A stretch of DNA of 64,000 bases, from NCBI GenBank assembly GCA_037443085.1, contig JBBIPA010000002.1:79658-143657 (forward strand), read 5' to 3'. Below the pieces are notes generated by a model. It was not told the origin of the DNA. It made no database searches and saw only the letters and a program-made list of their open reading frames with translations. This document shows, one piece after another, positions 38,930 to 47,974 of this stretch. Both the position numbers and the translations under genes were made by a program. The stretch's first letter is position 1. Each line of letters begins with the position of its first letter. This DNA comes from Chloroflexota bacterium. GTDB lineage: Bacteria > Chloroflexota > Dehalococcoidia > GIF9 > UBA5629.

Positions 38930-40699
38930 TTAGGGGAGAGCATCAAGTGCCTCTTTTATTTGCTGCTGGTTATCGAAACTCCCCAGTTGTATTTTCCGGA
39001 TGATACCGCTGCTATCGATGAAGAAGGTTCGGGGGATTAGGGAAATCTGGTAGTCCCTGACTGCAGTCCTATCAGGATCAATGAAGATGGGCAGGGTCGT
39101 TTTCTGTTCCTGGATAAAATTCCGAATATAGATAGGATGGTCACCAGCATTAATCGCCAGGATTCTTAACCCCTTGGTACCTGCCCATGTTTTATAGACT
39201 GCTTCAATATCAGGCATCTCGGCAACGCAGGCGCCACAGCCTATTGTCCAGAAGTTGACCATCACTATCTTGCCCCGCAACTGGCTCAAGGTGACCGCAG
39301 CACCATCGATGGTATAGACGGTGAAATCGGGGGCACGCTTGCCTACCTCAGGACCTGTGGGAACGGGCGCTTGTGTTCTGAATGGCTGGCTGGCAGCGGC
39401 CACTGCCTCATTTTTCTTAGCATCGCTGGACTTCACTTTGAAGTAGTAGCTTTTGTCAGACTCAAGACCGCTGATAGTAACAGTATGATTGGTAACCAAG
39501 TTTTCATTGGCAGACGTGGTGGAACCGTAAGAAGTGCTCGTTCCGTATTCAATCTGGCTGGTGGCTTTTTCATCCGTCATCCAGGCGATGGTGACGGTAG
39601 TGTCAGAAACATCGATAATCTTAATCCCGGTAATCAGCGGTGGCGTGGTATCGGGAGGCGCAGCGGTGGTAAAATTTCTATCGGTACTGGATTCAGCTTT
39701 CCCACTAGCGTTTTTTGAACTCACTTTGAAATGATACAGCGTATTAGGATTTAGGGCGTTCAGTCTCATTCTATGCTCAGTTCGTAGTTCGGCATCAATC
39801 TCTGTCGAAATACCATAAGTAGTAGTGGTGCCATATTCCACCTGGCTGGTAGCCTTCTCATTGGTCACCCAACTGATGACCACACTCGACTCAGTAATTT
39901 CGGAAACCCTGATGCTGCTGATGGTGGGTGCCGCTATTTCTACAATCGGTGGCTTTGTTTGTGGTGAGGGGGTAGGGCTAGATGGGGTTGACGAAGCAGT
40001 TTGCGGGATATTAGGTCTCACCATAAAAAGGAACATTACCACCGCAATAACGACCAGCGTAAGCACGCCAGAAACAATCGCCTTTTTTACTTTAGAACTT
40101 TCTGTGGATTGGTAATCCCAATCTCTCCTGGGCTGAGCACTTGTTTTCTCGAATACAGAGGCATCCTTGGTAATAGACTTAAGGAAAGGTTCTTTTGAAG
40201 CCACATCTTGCAGTTGAGACGAAGCATACTCTCTATGGTGCGAAGATGATGCTGGCTGAGGCTGTTGTTGGCTTTGAGCTGGTATTGAATGTGATTTGGG
40301 AGTTGATGATGCCACATCCTGAGGAGTCGTTACAGTTGATAACTGGGTCTTATCGTAAGCCCTCCTGAAACGATGGGGCCCCATGTAGCCGCAATTAACA
40401 GCGGTGCACCTTACGCCATATTTATCTGCGACTGGAGCACCACAGCGACCGCACTCGTACTCTATCTTGTGTGTGGTAGCTTCGCTTTCGGAGCCGGTTA
40501 AACCTGCTCTTGATTGTTGTCTGAAGCCAAGGTCTTTCCATCCGCAAGATGAACAAATTCGGGAAGTCATGATATGGCCTTTGGGGCATGACCTGACACC
40601 GCAATTGGAGCAGGTGACATCGTTAGGGCTTTTAGGCTTGCGGCAACTGGGGCAGAAAGAAACATTCGGTCCTGGCGGCAGATTGGATTTCGGCTGCAA
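38930..40699 (-). CDS. paralogous membrane protein: cytoplasmic zinc ribbons, TM, two FN3 domains, TlpA-like thioredoxin (CGAC)
   Basis: 589 aa; same architecture as 36378-38243; FN3 repeats (VISWVTNEKATSQVEYG / VTIAWMTDEKATSQIEYG); KIVMVNFWTIGCGACVAEMP. Confidence 0.7.
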   Translation of the reverse strand: MQPKSNLPPGPNVSFCPSCRKPKSPNDVTCSNCGVRSCPKGHIMTSRICSSCGWKDLGFRQQSRAGLTGSESEATTHKIEYECGRCGAPVADKYGVRCTAVNCGYMGPHRFRRAYDKTQLSTVTTPQDVASSTPKSHSIPAQSQQQPQPASSSHHREYASSQLQDVASKEPFLKSITKDASVFEKTSAQPRRDWDYQSTESSKVKKAIVSGVLTLVVIAVVMFLFMVRPNIPQTASSTPSSPTPSPQTKPPIVEIAAPTISSIRVSEITESSVVISWVTNEKATSQVEYGTTTTYGISTEIDAELRTEHRMRLNALNPNTLYHFKVSSKNASGKAESSTDRNFTTAAPPDTTPPLITGIKIIDVSDTTVTIAWMTDEKATSQIEYGTSTSYGSTTSANENLVTNHTVTISGLESDKSYYFKVKSSDAKKNEAVAAASQPFRTQAPVPTGPEVGKRAPDFTVYTIDGAAVTLSQLRGKIVMVNFWTIGCGACVAEMPDIEAVYKTWAGTKGLRILAINAGDHPIYIRNFIQEQKTTLPIFIDPDRTAVRDYQISLIPRTFFIDSSGIIRKIQLGSFDNQQQIKEALDALP

Positions 40700-40774
40700 T
40701 CTATACTCTTCCTTGGATTATCACCTTGTTACTATTCTACAACAAAAAAATCATTTTGGGCAGCATACAGTGCT

Positions 40775-42040
40775 CTAATCCCGCCTGATGACATCAGTTC
40801 CCATATATGGTCTCAGCACCTCGGGTACTGTTATGCTCCCGTCAGCCTGCTGATAGTTTTCCAGTATGGCGATAACCACCCTGGGTAGAGCCAGCCCCGA
40901 GCCATTAAGAGTGTGTACTAGTTGTGGCTTGGCATTGGCTTCTGGGCGGTAGCGAATGTTGGCACGGCGGGCTTGAAAATCGCCGCAGTTGCTGCAGGAG
41001 CTTACTTCCAGCCATTCACCACAACCCGGTGCCCACATTTCCAGGTCAAAGGACTTGGTAGAGGCAAATCCCAGGTCGCCGGTACATAATTGTACTATCC
41101 GGTAAGGGATATAAAGCTGGCGGCAGATATCCTCGGCATCGTTCACCATTTTATCCAGCTCGGCTACAGAGGTTTCTGGCTCAACGAACTTGTACATCTC
41201 GACCTTGTCGAACTGATGTCCTCTTTTAATACCCCGGGTATCTTTGCCTGCTGCCATTTTCTCGCGGCGGAAACACGCGGTATAAGCAGCATAGTAAATA
41301 GGTAACGTCCCCGGCGGCAATATCTCGTCACGGTGCAAGTTGGTCAAAGGCACTTCGGCGGTGGGCACAAACCACAAATCATCTTCAGTATCGCGGTACA
41401 GGTTGTCGGCGAATTTAGGCAAATTACTGGAGCCTACCAGGCACTCTCGTTTCACCATAAAAGGTGGATAAATCTCCTGATAGCCATGCTGTTTGACGTG
41501 GAGATCGAGCATAAAGTTAATCAGCGCCCGCTGCAGACGAGACCCCAGTCCTTTCAATACATAGAACCGCGTGCCGGAAAGTTTCACGCCGCGCTGAAAA
41601 TCAATAATGTCCAGCTTCTCGGCCAGCTCCCAATGGGGTAGTGGGGTAAACACAAAGCTCTTTGGCTCACCCCAGGAGCGCACTGTAACATTTTCTGTAG
41701 AATCTTTGCCCACCGGCACAGACGGATTAGGGATATTGGGTAGCCGCAGGAGGTAGTCCTCCAGCTCAGACCACATTCTGGCTGTTGCTGCCTCCAGGGA
41801 ATCGATCTGCTCTCCTACCCGGCGCATTTCAGTGATAAGCTCAGGTGGTTTTTCCTTCATCTTGCTAATCTGCCTGCTCACCTCGTTGCGCTTTGCCCGT
41901 AGTGCCTCTGCTTGCTGGAGGGAGTTACGATAGTGCTCATCAAGAGCCAGTATTTCATCCAGCGGCGCATTATCGTTACGGTTTTTTAATGCCTGGCGGA
42001 CTAGGTCTGGCTTTTCCCGGATGGTCTTTATGTCGAGCAT
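40775..42040 (-). CDS. serS: seryl-tRNA synthetase
   Basis: 421 aa; N-terminal coiled-coil arm plus class II core. Confidence 0.95.
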   Translation of the reverse strand: MLDIKTIREKPDLVRQALKNRNDNAPLDEILALDEHYRNSLQQAEALRAKRNEVSRQISKMKEKPPELITEMRRVGEQIDSLEAATARMWSELEDYLLRLPNIPNPSVPVGKDSTENVTVRSWGEPKSFVFTPLPHWELAEKLDIIDFQRGVKLSGTRFYVLKGLGSRLQRALINFMLDLHVKQHGYQEIYPPFMVKRECLVGSSNLPKFADNLYRDTEDDLWFVPTAEVPLTNLHRDEILPPGTLPIYYAAYTACFRREKMAAGKDTRGIKRGHQFDKVEMYKFVEPETSVAELDKMVNDAEDICRQLYIPYRIVQLCTGDLGFASTKSFDLEMWAPGCGEWLEVSSCSNCGDFQARRANIRYRPEANAKPQLVHTLNGSGLALPRVVIAILENYQQADGSITVPEVLRPYMGTDVIRRD

Positions 42041-42057
42041 AATGAAACGTCTCCCGG

Positions 42058-43536
42058 CTACCTTGTCTTGAGCTGTGGGAACAGGATGACATCACGGATT
42101 GACTGTTTATCAGTGAGCAACATCACTAAACGGTCTATGCCCACGCCCAGACCTCCTGTCGGTGGCATACCATATTCTAAAGCCAGCAGGAAATCATCGT
42201 CAATGACCTCTGCTACTTCATCTGTCTGAGGGCGTCCCTCAAGCTGGTGATGGAATCTCTCTTCCTGCTCCAGGGGATTATTAAGCTCAGTGAAGGAATT
42301 GGCTATTTCCATGCCGCCGATAAAGGCTTCAAAACGTTCCACCAGATTCTGGCTACCTGGCTTCATTTTAGCCAGGGGTGACATCTCCACGGGATAATCT
42401 ATCAAAAAGGTAGGCTGTATCAGATTAGGTTCCACAAAAGTTGATACCAGCTCATCTATGAGCCGGCCCCTATCTTTTTTCGGGTCCACCTCGATTCCTT
42501 TCTGCTCCATCTTCTTTCTCAAGGAATCAGTGTTGGGATATTCTTCGAAATCGACGTCCCCGAATTTCTTGACGGCTTCACGCAGGGGAAGGCGTTGCCA
42601 GGGAGGTTCCAGCTTAATGATGTCAGCGGCGAATGCTATTTCAGCTGTGCCAACAACGTCTCTGGCAATTGCGTACACCATGTTCTCGACCAGCTTCATC
42701 ATGACGTCATAATCGGCGTAAGCCTGGTAACATTCCATCATGGTGAACTCAGGATTATGCTTGATGGATATACCCTCGTTGCGGAACACGCGCCCTACTT
42801 CGTACACTTTATCAAAACCACCCACTATCAGGCGTTTGAGGTAAAGCTCTAGCGCAATACGCATGTAGAGGTCCTGGTCAAGCGCATGGTGATGGGTGAC
42901 AAAGGGTCGAGCCAGTGCACCGCCAGCCATGGGCTGCAATACTGGCGTTTCCACCTCAATAAATCCCTGTCCATTAAGGAAACTACGCAAGGCGTTAATG
43001 ACCCGGCTGCGGCAGACGAACACAGGTTTGGTTTCCTCATTGGATATCAGGTCCAGATAGCGTTGCCGGTAGCGTTTCTCGACATCTACCAGTCCATGCC
43101 ACTTCTCAGGTAACGGGTGAAGAGATTTGGAGAGCAGACTGAAATCGGCTGCCTGCAGCGTTATTTCACCGGTTCTGGTGCGGAAGAGCTTACCGGTAGC
43201 ACCGATAATATCTCCGATATCCAGGTCATGGAGCAACTGATATTTCTCATCACCAAGGAGGTCACGGCCGAAAAGGACCTGAATTTTGCCGGAACCATCG
43301 CGGATATCCATAAAAGCTATCTTGCCCATGAAACGGCTGGCAGTAATCCGCCCGGCCAGGCTAAATTCCAGTTTGGAAACTGCTTCAGCTTCTTTCTCTT
43401 GCTCGGTGAACAGAGCCACTGCTTCCTGCGTGGTGTGACTGCGGTGGTATTGGTTGGGGTAAGGGTTTACGCCCTGAGACTGAAGCTTCTTCAGCTTCTC
43501 CAAGCGCTGCTCGACAATGCGCTCTAACCTCGACAT
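42058..43536 (-). CDS. lysS: lysyl-tRNA synthetase (class II)
   Basis: 492 aa; OB anticodon-binding domain plus class II motifs. Confidence 0.95.
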   Translation of the reverse strand: MSRLERIVEQRLEKLKKLQSQGVNPYPNQYHRSHTTQEAVALFTEQEKEAEAVSKLEFSLAGRITASRFMGKIAFMDIRDGSGKIQVLFGRDLLGDEKYQLLHDLDIGDIIGATGKLFRTRTGEITLQAADFSLLSKSLHPLPEKWHGLVDVEKRYRQRYLDLISNEETKPVFVCRSRVINALRSFLNGQGFIEVETPVLQPMAGGALARPFVTHHHALDQDLYMRIALELYLKRLIVGGFDKVYEVGRVFRNEGISIKHNPEFTMMECYQAYADYDVMMKLVENMVYAIARDVVGTAEIAFAADIIKLEPPWQRLPLREAVKKFGDVDFEEYPNTDSLRKKMEQKGIEVDPKKDRGRLIDELVSTFVEPNLIQPTFLIDYPVEMSPLAKMKPGSQNLVERFEAFIGGMEIANSFTELNNPLEQEERFHHQLEGRPQTDEVAEVIDDDFLLALEYGMPPTGGLGVGIDRLVMLLTDKQSIRDVILFPQLKTR

Positions 43537-43539
43537 ACG

Positions 43540-44007
43540 CTAGCTTACTTCCATTACAAGCAACTTCAGCAATCCTGCGGGAGTTTTGACTTCAACTTTA
43601 TCACCTGTTTTCTTGCCTAACAGGGCACGACCAACGGGTGACTCATTGGAGATCTTTCCCTCCACAGGATTGGCTTCAGCGCTACCAACAATGGTGAATT
43701 GTTCAATCTTCCCATCCTGGTTCTGGATAAGTACTTTATCGCCCAACTCTACCATGCCGGGAGCAGCAGGCGCCTCTATGATAACGGCATTCTTGATCAG
43801 ATTTTCCAGCATGAGGATTCTACCTTCAACAAAAGCCTGCTCATTCTTGGCATCATCGTATTCAGCATTATTCTCGGTACCGCCCACCTCACGCGCCCGC
43901 TTAATCTTTTCAGCAACCTCGGCGCGCTGAACTGTGGTGAGCTGTTTTAGCTCCGCTTCCAGTTTGGTCAGCCCCTCTTTAGTAAGGTGTATTTTTTTCT
44001 GTGCCAT
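43540..44007 (-). CDS. greA: transcription elongation factor GreA
   Basis: 155 aa from ATG 44005-44007 (after GGAGGCAT); coiled-coil N-terminus with acidic tip, FKBP-like C-terminus. Confidence 0.9.
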   Translation of the reverse strand: MAQKKIHLTKEGLTKLEAELKQLTTVQRAEVAEKIKRAREVGGTENNAEYDDAKNEQAFVEGRILMLENLIKNAVIIEAPAAPGMVELGDKVLIQNQDGKIEQFTIVGSAEANPVEGKISNESPVGRALLGKKTGDKVEVKTPAGLLKLLVMEVS

Positions 44008-44153
44008 GTAATGCCTCCGCTTGACAGGTAGTAAAAAAGACTGAGAGCACAAAGCTCTCAGTCGGCGGATAAAACTTGCCTAACATTATAGGCCGCTTTA
44101 AGTTAATTGTAAAGAGTGATATAATACCCAAGCTTTTCTCACAGGAGGATTCC

Positions 44154-45206
44154 ATGGTCAATCTGCTCATAGCTTCTAAGGAAAGCTACGGGAAAACAGC
44201 TTTATGTGCTGGCATCGCCAAGAAGCTGGTCAACCAGGGTAAAAAAGTAGGTTACTTTTTGCCAGTGCGGCTCTCTGAATTCAGCGCGCTGAACGACTAT
44301 AAGGATGCTACCTTTGTGAAGGGAATTCTGGAGCTTGAGGAGTCCCCTGAGCTGATTTCTCCGGTTAGCCTGTCCAGCAGCGAGCTGTGGAAAAGCCTTA
44401 CCGAAACTACCGGTGATTTTATCCAGCAGGTTAAGAAAAACTACGCTCGTATATCGCGGGGCAAAGATGTTGTTGTTATCGAAGGGCTAAGCGGTTTAGC
44501 GATGGATAATGTGGCTACCCTGGCATGCTACCGGATTGCTGAAGCACTGGATGCCAGGGTGGTTGCCGTGCTGCCTTATGCGGCCACCTTATCTCCTTCG
44601 GAGGTGGGGCGGGTTGCTGAGGAGCTGAGGCAAAAATTGCTGGGAGTGGTCATTAACTTTGTGCCTGAGTTCAAAATCGAAGCCGCCAGGCAAAATCTGG
44701 CAGACTCATTCCAGAAAGCTGGAATAAAGGTTCTGGGTGTACTACCGGAAACGCGAAGTTTACTGGGAATCAGTGTTAAAGAATTAGCCGCAGCACTGAA
44801 CGGAGATATTGTAACCTGTCCGGAAAATGCTGACGAGCTAGTAGAAAACATCATGCTGGGAGCGATGACTCTCGACTCAGGAATCGACTATTTCAGTCGT
44901 AAAAAAGATAAGGCAGCTATCATCCGTGGTGAGCGACCTGACATGCAGTTAGCCGCTTTGCAGACTCCCACGAAATGCCTGGTACTGACCAACGCCACGA
45001 AGCCCATCGCCAATGTAGTTGCTGAGGCTGAGAATAAAAAGGTACCGGTAGTGGTTGTGCCCAACGATGCTTCTAGCGCCCTGGCTAATATCGAACAAGC
45101 CTTGGTTCACAGCGCGTTTAATAGTCCTACGAAGCTGAAGAAGCTGGAAGAACTGCTGGATAAATACCTGGACTTTAAATCTCTGTCAGCGGCGCTTGGT
45201 CTCTAG
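44154..45206 (+). CDS. DRTGG-domain protein with CobQ/MinD-like nucleotide-binding domain (phosphotransacetylase N-terminal-domain-like)
   Basis: ATG 44154 after AGGAGGA; SKESYGKTALCAGIAKKL P-loop-like start; DRTGG-type C-terminal domain. Confidence 0.65.
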   Translation: MVNLLIASKESYGKTALCAGIAKKLVNQGKKVGYFLPVRLSEFSALNDYKDATFVKGILELEESPELISPVSLSSSELWKSLTETTGDFIQQVKKNYARISRGKDVVVIEGLSGLAMDNVATLACYRIAEALDARVVAVLPYAATLSPSEVGRVAEELRQKLLGVVINFVPEFKIEAARQNLADSFQKAGIKVLGVLPETRSLLGISVKELAAALNGDIVTCPENADELVENIMLGAMTLDSGIDYFSRKKDKAAIIRGERPDMQLAALQTPTKCLVLTNATKPIANVVAEAENKKVPVVVVPNDASSALANIEQALVHSAFNSPTKLKKLEELLDKYLDFKSLSAALGL

Positions 45207-45424
45207 TTTCCTTGTAGAATTTGTCTCGCCTCGTCGGCAAGAGCAGAGGGTACCTGTACCTCCACCTGCCCCAATCCATCCACAGTAATACCATAGATTA
45301 GGCCGGCGCTCTCATAGCGTAGCACTGCGGGGACCCCTTCGTTCTCCAGACGCCCCTTGATAATTTCTGCTTCTGGCTGCCCTGCGGCAACATATACCGT
45401 GGTCAGCTTGGTTTCTTCAGGCAT
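45203..45424 (-). CDS. DUF2007-family small protein
   Basis: 73 aa; ...VYVAAGQPEAEIIKGRLENEGVPAV... pattern. Confidence 0.5.
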   Translation of the reverse strand: MPEETKLTTVYVAAGQPEAEIIKGRLENEGVPAVLRYESAGLIYGITVDGLGQVEVQVPSALADEARQILQGN

Positions 45425-45574
45425 TTCTAAATATCCGTTTTGATGCTAGTAGTATGAGATAAGGTGGAAACTGTAAACGCTGCATGAAACTGTTATCGAA
45501 AAAGCATAAGCCGTAGCTGGGATGTTTGAATCCCAACTACGGCCTCACTATTCTAAAATGCTTGAAACTGGAAT

Positions 45575-46246
45575 TTATTTCGCGGTGCAAGCAGCATTTT
45601 TATCCAGATTGCACTGGAGGGCCCAGATGTCAGCTTTACACTCTGAATGTGGAGCCCCGGTGATTCCCCAATCGCCACCACCACCGGCACTGCGGCGGTC
45701 GCTGTTGCCGAAGTGGTTCGGATGCTTGTCGGAGAATTTGGGGGTGCTGTTAATGAAGTCACCTTCACTCTTGCCGCCCCAGCTCTTGTTGGCGAAAGCC
45801 AGGCTCACGCCCCAGCACTTGGCACAATGCGCAAAGCCAACGATTGCCTTGGGAGCGCAGCCCTTGTCAGCGGGGGGCAACTGACAGTCACCGGTGCCTG
45901 GGCATTCTTTGGATACTTTGCAGACAACGGGGTCAGTGCAGCCTCCGAGGTTGCCAAACTGGTCATTGCAAGCGGCACAGTTGCCGAAGCAGGAACCGGG
46001 ATTGGGTTCCAAGGTACACCCGGTAAGAACCGCGGGATAGGCACCTCCGGCTAGTCGGGACATGGCAGTGATTGGAGTTTTACCCCAGTTATCCAGATAC
46101 AAGAAGCAGGAAAGAGGGTTATTCTCCCACTTTACAGTCTCCCAGTTGCAATCCTTATCCAGCGAACTCTGCGCCAGGACAGGAGCAGGGAGCACTACCA
46201 GAGACAACGCCAGCACAGCAAACAGAATGCCAGCAACTTTCCTCAT
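45575..46246 (-). CDS. secreted cysteine-rich protein (about 20 Cys) of unknown function
   Basis: ATG 46246 after AAAGGAGGTGA; N-terminal signal peptide MRKVAGILFAVLALSLVVLPAPVLA; many CxxC/CxC spacings. Confidence 0.5.
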   Translation of the reverse strand: MRKVAGILFAVLALSLVVLPAPVLAQSSLDKDCNWETVKWENNPLSCFLYLDNWGKTPITAMSRLAGGAYPAVLTGCTLEPNPGSCFGNCAACNDQFGNLGGCTDPVVCKVSKECPGTGDCQLPPADKGCAPKAIVGFAHCAKCWGVSLAFANKSWGGKSEGDFINSTPKFSDKHPNHFGNSDRRSAGGGGDWGITGAPHSECKADIWALQCNLDKNAACTAK

Positions 46247-46435
46247 GGTTTCGTCACCTCCTTTCATATGGTGTCGCCATTTTACAGGGTAAAAAAACGC
46301 TTGTCAATAGGCGAAGTGGGATTTGTTCTTGAAAATCACAGTAACAAAAGATACAATTACGGCTTGCCGTGTGCAATTTGCCTGCCAGTGAGTTTGAAAC
46401 CTGATCAGGCAAAAATCTTAAGGAGGGAAGGTGAT

Positions 46436-46813
46436 TTGAATGCTCTCGGACGACACTTACTACTAGAACTGAAAGATTGCAACCAGGAGTTAATTAACGA
46501 TGTAGAATCTCTTAAGAATCTTCTTTGCGAAACTGCCGAGCATATCGGTGCCACTGTAGTCAATCAGGCTTTCCATAAATTCAGCCCACAGGGGGTAAGC
46601 GCCGTAGTCGTTATTGCCGAGTCCCATATTTGTATTCACACCTGGCCAGAATATAATTACGCTGCCGTAGACGTTTTTACCTGTGGTAATTCAATTGACC
46701 CCACAGATGCCATAGATTTGCTGGTCGAACGATTAGAAGCCAAAGAGTCGTCGTTCATCGAGCTAAAGCGGGGATTATTGCAGGATGATAAGGTTATTTG
46801 TGGCATAAAATGA
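46436..46813 (+). CDS. speH: S-adenosylmethionine decarboxylase proenzyme (small SpeH type)
   Basis: TTG start 8 nt after AAGGAGGG; ...AESHICIHTWPE... processing-site Ser motif; followed by speE. Confidence 0.8.
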   Translation: MNALGRHLLLELKDCNQELINDVESLKNLLCETAEHIGATVVNQAFHKFSPQGVSAVVVIAESHICIHTWPEYNYAAVDVFTCGNSIDPTDAIDLLVERLEAKESSFIELKRGLLQDDKVICGIK

Positions 46814-47733
46814 GCCATTCAGATAATTTTGATAGTGCTATTTGGCTGCATGATAAGGTCACTCCTGACCTCATTCAGATTCACAGCATCAAGCAGGTGC
46901 TGTACTCAGGACGTACCGACTTTCAATCGGTAGAGATTATCGATTCTACCACCTTCGGCATTTGTCTGGTGCTGGATGGTAAAATCCAATCGAGCGAGCG
47001 TGATGAGTTTATTTACCATGAAGCACTGGTGCACCCTGCCATGCTCAGTCACCCCAATCCTGAGACTGTGTTCATTGCTGGTGGTGGCGAGGGCGCTACA
47101 TTGCGTGACGTGCTCTACCATAAGAGCGTAAAAAAAGCGGTCATGGTGGATATTGATAAACAGGTAGTGGAGATTTGCCGCCGCTCTCTCCCCGCCATAC
47201 ATCAGAATTCCTTTGACGACCGCCGAGCAGAGATTCATTTTACTGATGCCCGGAAATATCTGGAGGAAACCAAAAATAAATTCGACATTATCATCATTGA
47301 CCTGGTCGAGCCTCTGGAAGTCGGACCTGCCTGCTTGCTTTATACTCAAGAGTTCTACCAGCTAATAAAAGACAGGTTGCATAATGGAGGCATTATGTCT
47401 GTCCAATCTGGAGCCTCCGGCTGGACCAACCTGGAGAACTTTATTGCTATTGTGAACACTCTGAAAAGTGTCTTTACTACAGTCTGTCCCTACCAGGTTT
47501 ATGTTCCGTCATTTGTTGACCTGTGGGGTTTTGCCACTGCTTCCCAGAGCCTCAATCCAGCAATGCTTTCGCCAGACGAAATAGACCGCAGAATCTCTCA
47601 AAGGCTCTCTCAAGAATTGAAATCTTATGATGGGCTTAGCCACCGATCGCTGTTTGGTCTCTCCAAGCATCTGCGCCAGATGCTGGCGAAAGCAGATAAA
47701 ATCATCACCGATGCCAATCCGCTTTTTATGTAA
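46798..47733 (+). CDS. speE: spermidine synthase
   Basis: 311 aa; GGGEGATLR and VDIDKQVVE motifs. Confidence 0.85.
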   Translation: MWHKMSHSDNFDSAIWLHDKVTPDLIQIHSIKQVLYSGRTDFQSVEIIDSTTFGICLVLDGKIQSSERDEFIYHEALVHPAMLSHPNPETVFIAGGGEGATLRDVLYHKSVKKAVMVDIDKQVVEICRRSLPAIHQNSFDDRRAEIHFTDARKYLEETKNKFDIIIIDLVEPLEVGPACLLYTQEFYQLIKDRLHNGGIMSVQSGASGWTNLENFIAIVNTLKSVFTTVCPYQVYVPSFVDLWGFATASQSLNPAMLSPDEIDRRISQRLSQELKSYDGLSHRSLFGLSKHLRQMLAKADKIITDANPLFM

Positions 47734-47868
47734 GGCAGCACAAGCTTCTTGAGCTGCCCCTTTGTAGTTGAGGTATTTCATCTGATAGCATCATGTCATG
47801 TTCCTGCTTCAAAATGGTTAAGCCAGTGAATACTACATAACATAAATAGTAAGATAATCGTTTTTGTA

Positions 47869-47898
47869 TTTGACAAAAGCCTAATATAAAGGCTAATA
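47869..47898 (+). promoter_or_regulatory. candidate sigma70 promoter of the 13-gene operon (TTGACA, 18 nt, TAATAT); direct repeat CTAATATA x2 in spacer
   Basis: -35 at 47869-47874, -10 at 47893-47898, about 75 nt before ATG 47975 (RBS GGAGAA). Confidence 0.35.
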
Positions 47899-47974
47899 TA
47901 TGTCGGTTTTCGTGGTCTCTGTATTTCAATAATACGCCTTACGTACTAACCCATACCAGAACCCGGAGAATTGT

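Noticed and set aside
45522-45884. 120-aa plus-strand ORF
   Set aside because: It lies antisense within the Cys-rich secreted protein gene, which has a strong RBS and signal peptide.
46268-46435. Long N-terminal extension of speH (ORF from 46268) or a SAM riboswitch in that leader
   Set aside because: The extension has no RBS and is unlike SpeH N-termini. TTG 46436 with AAGGAGGG fits better. No SAM-I/II consensus was recognised.
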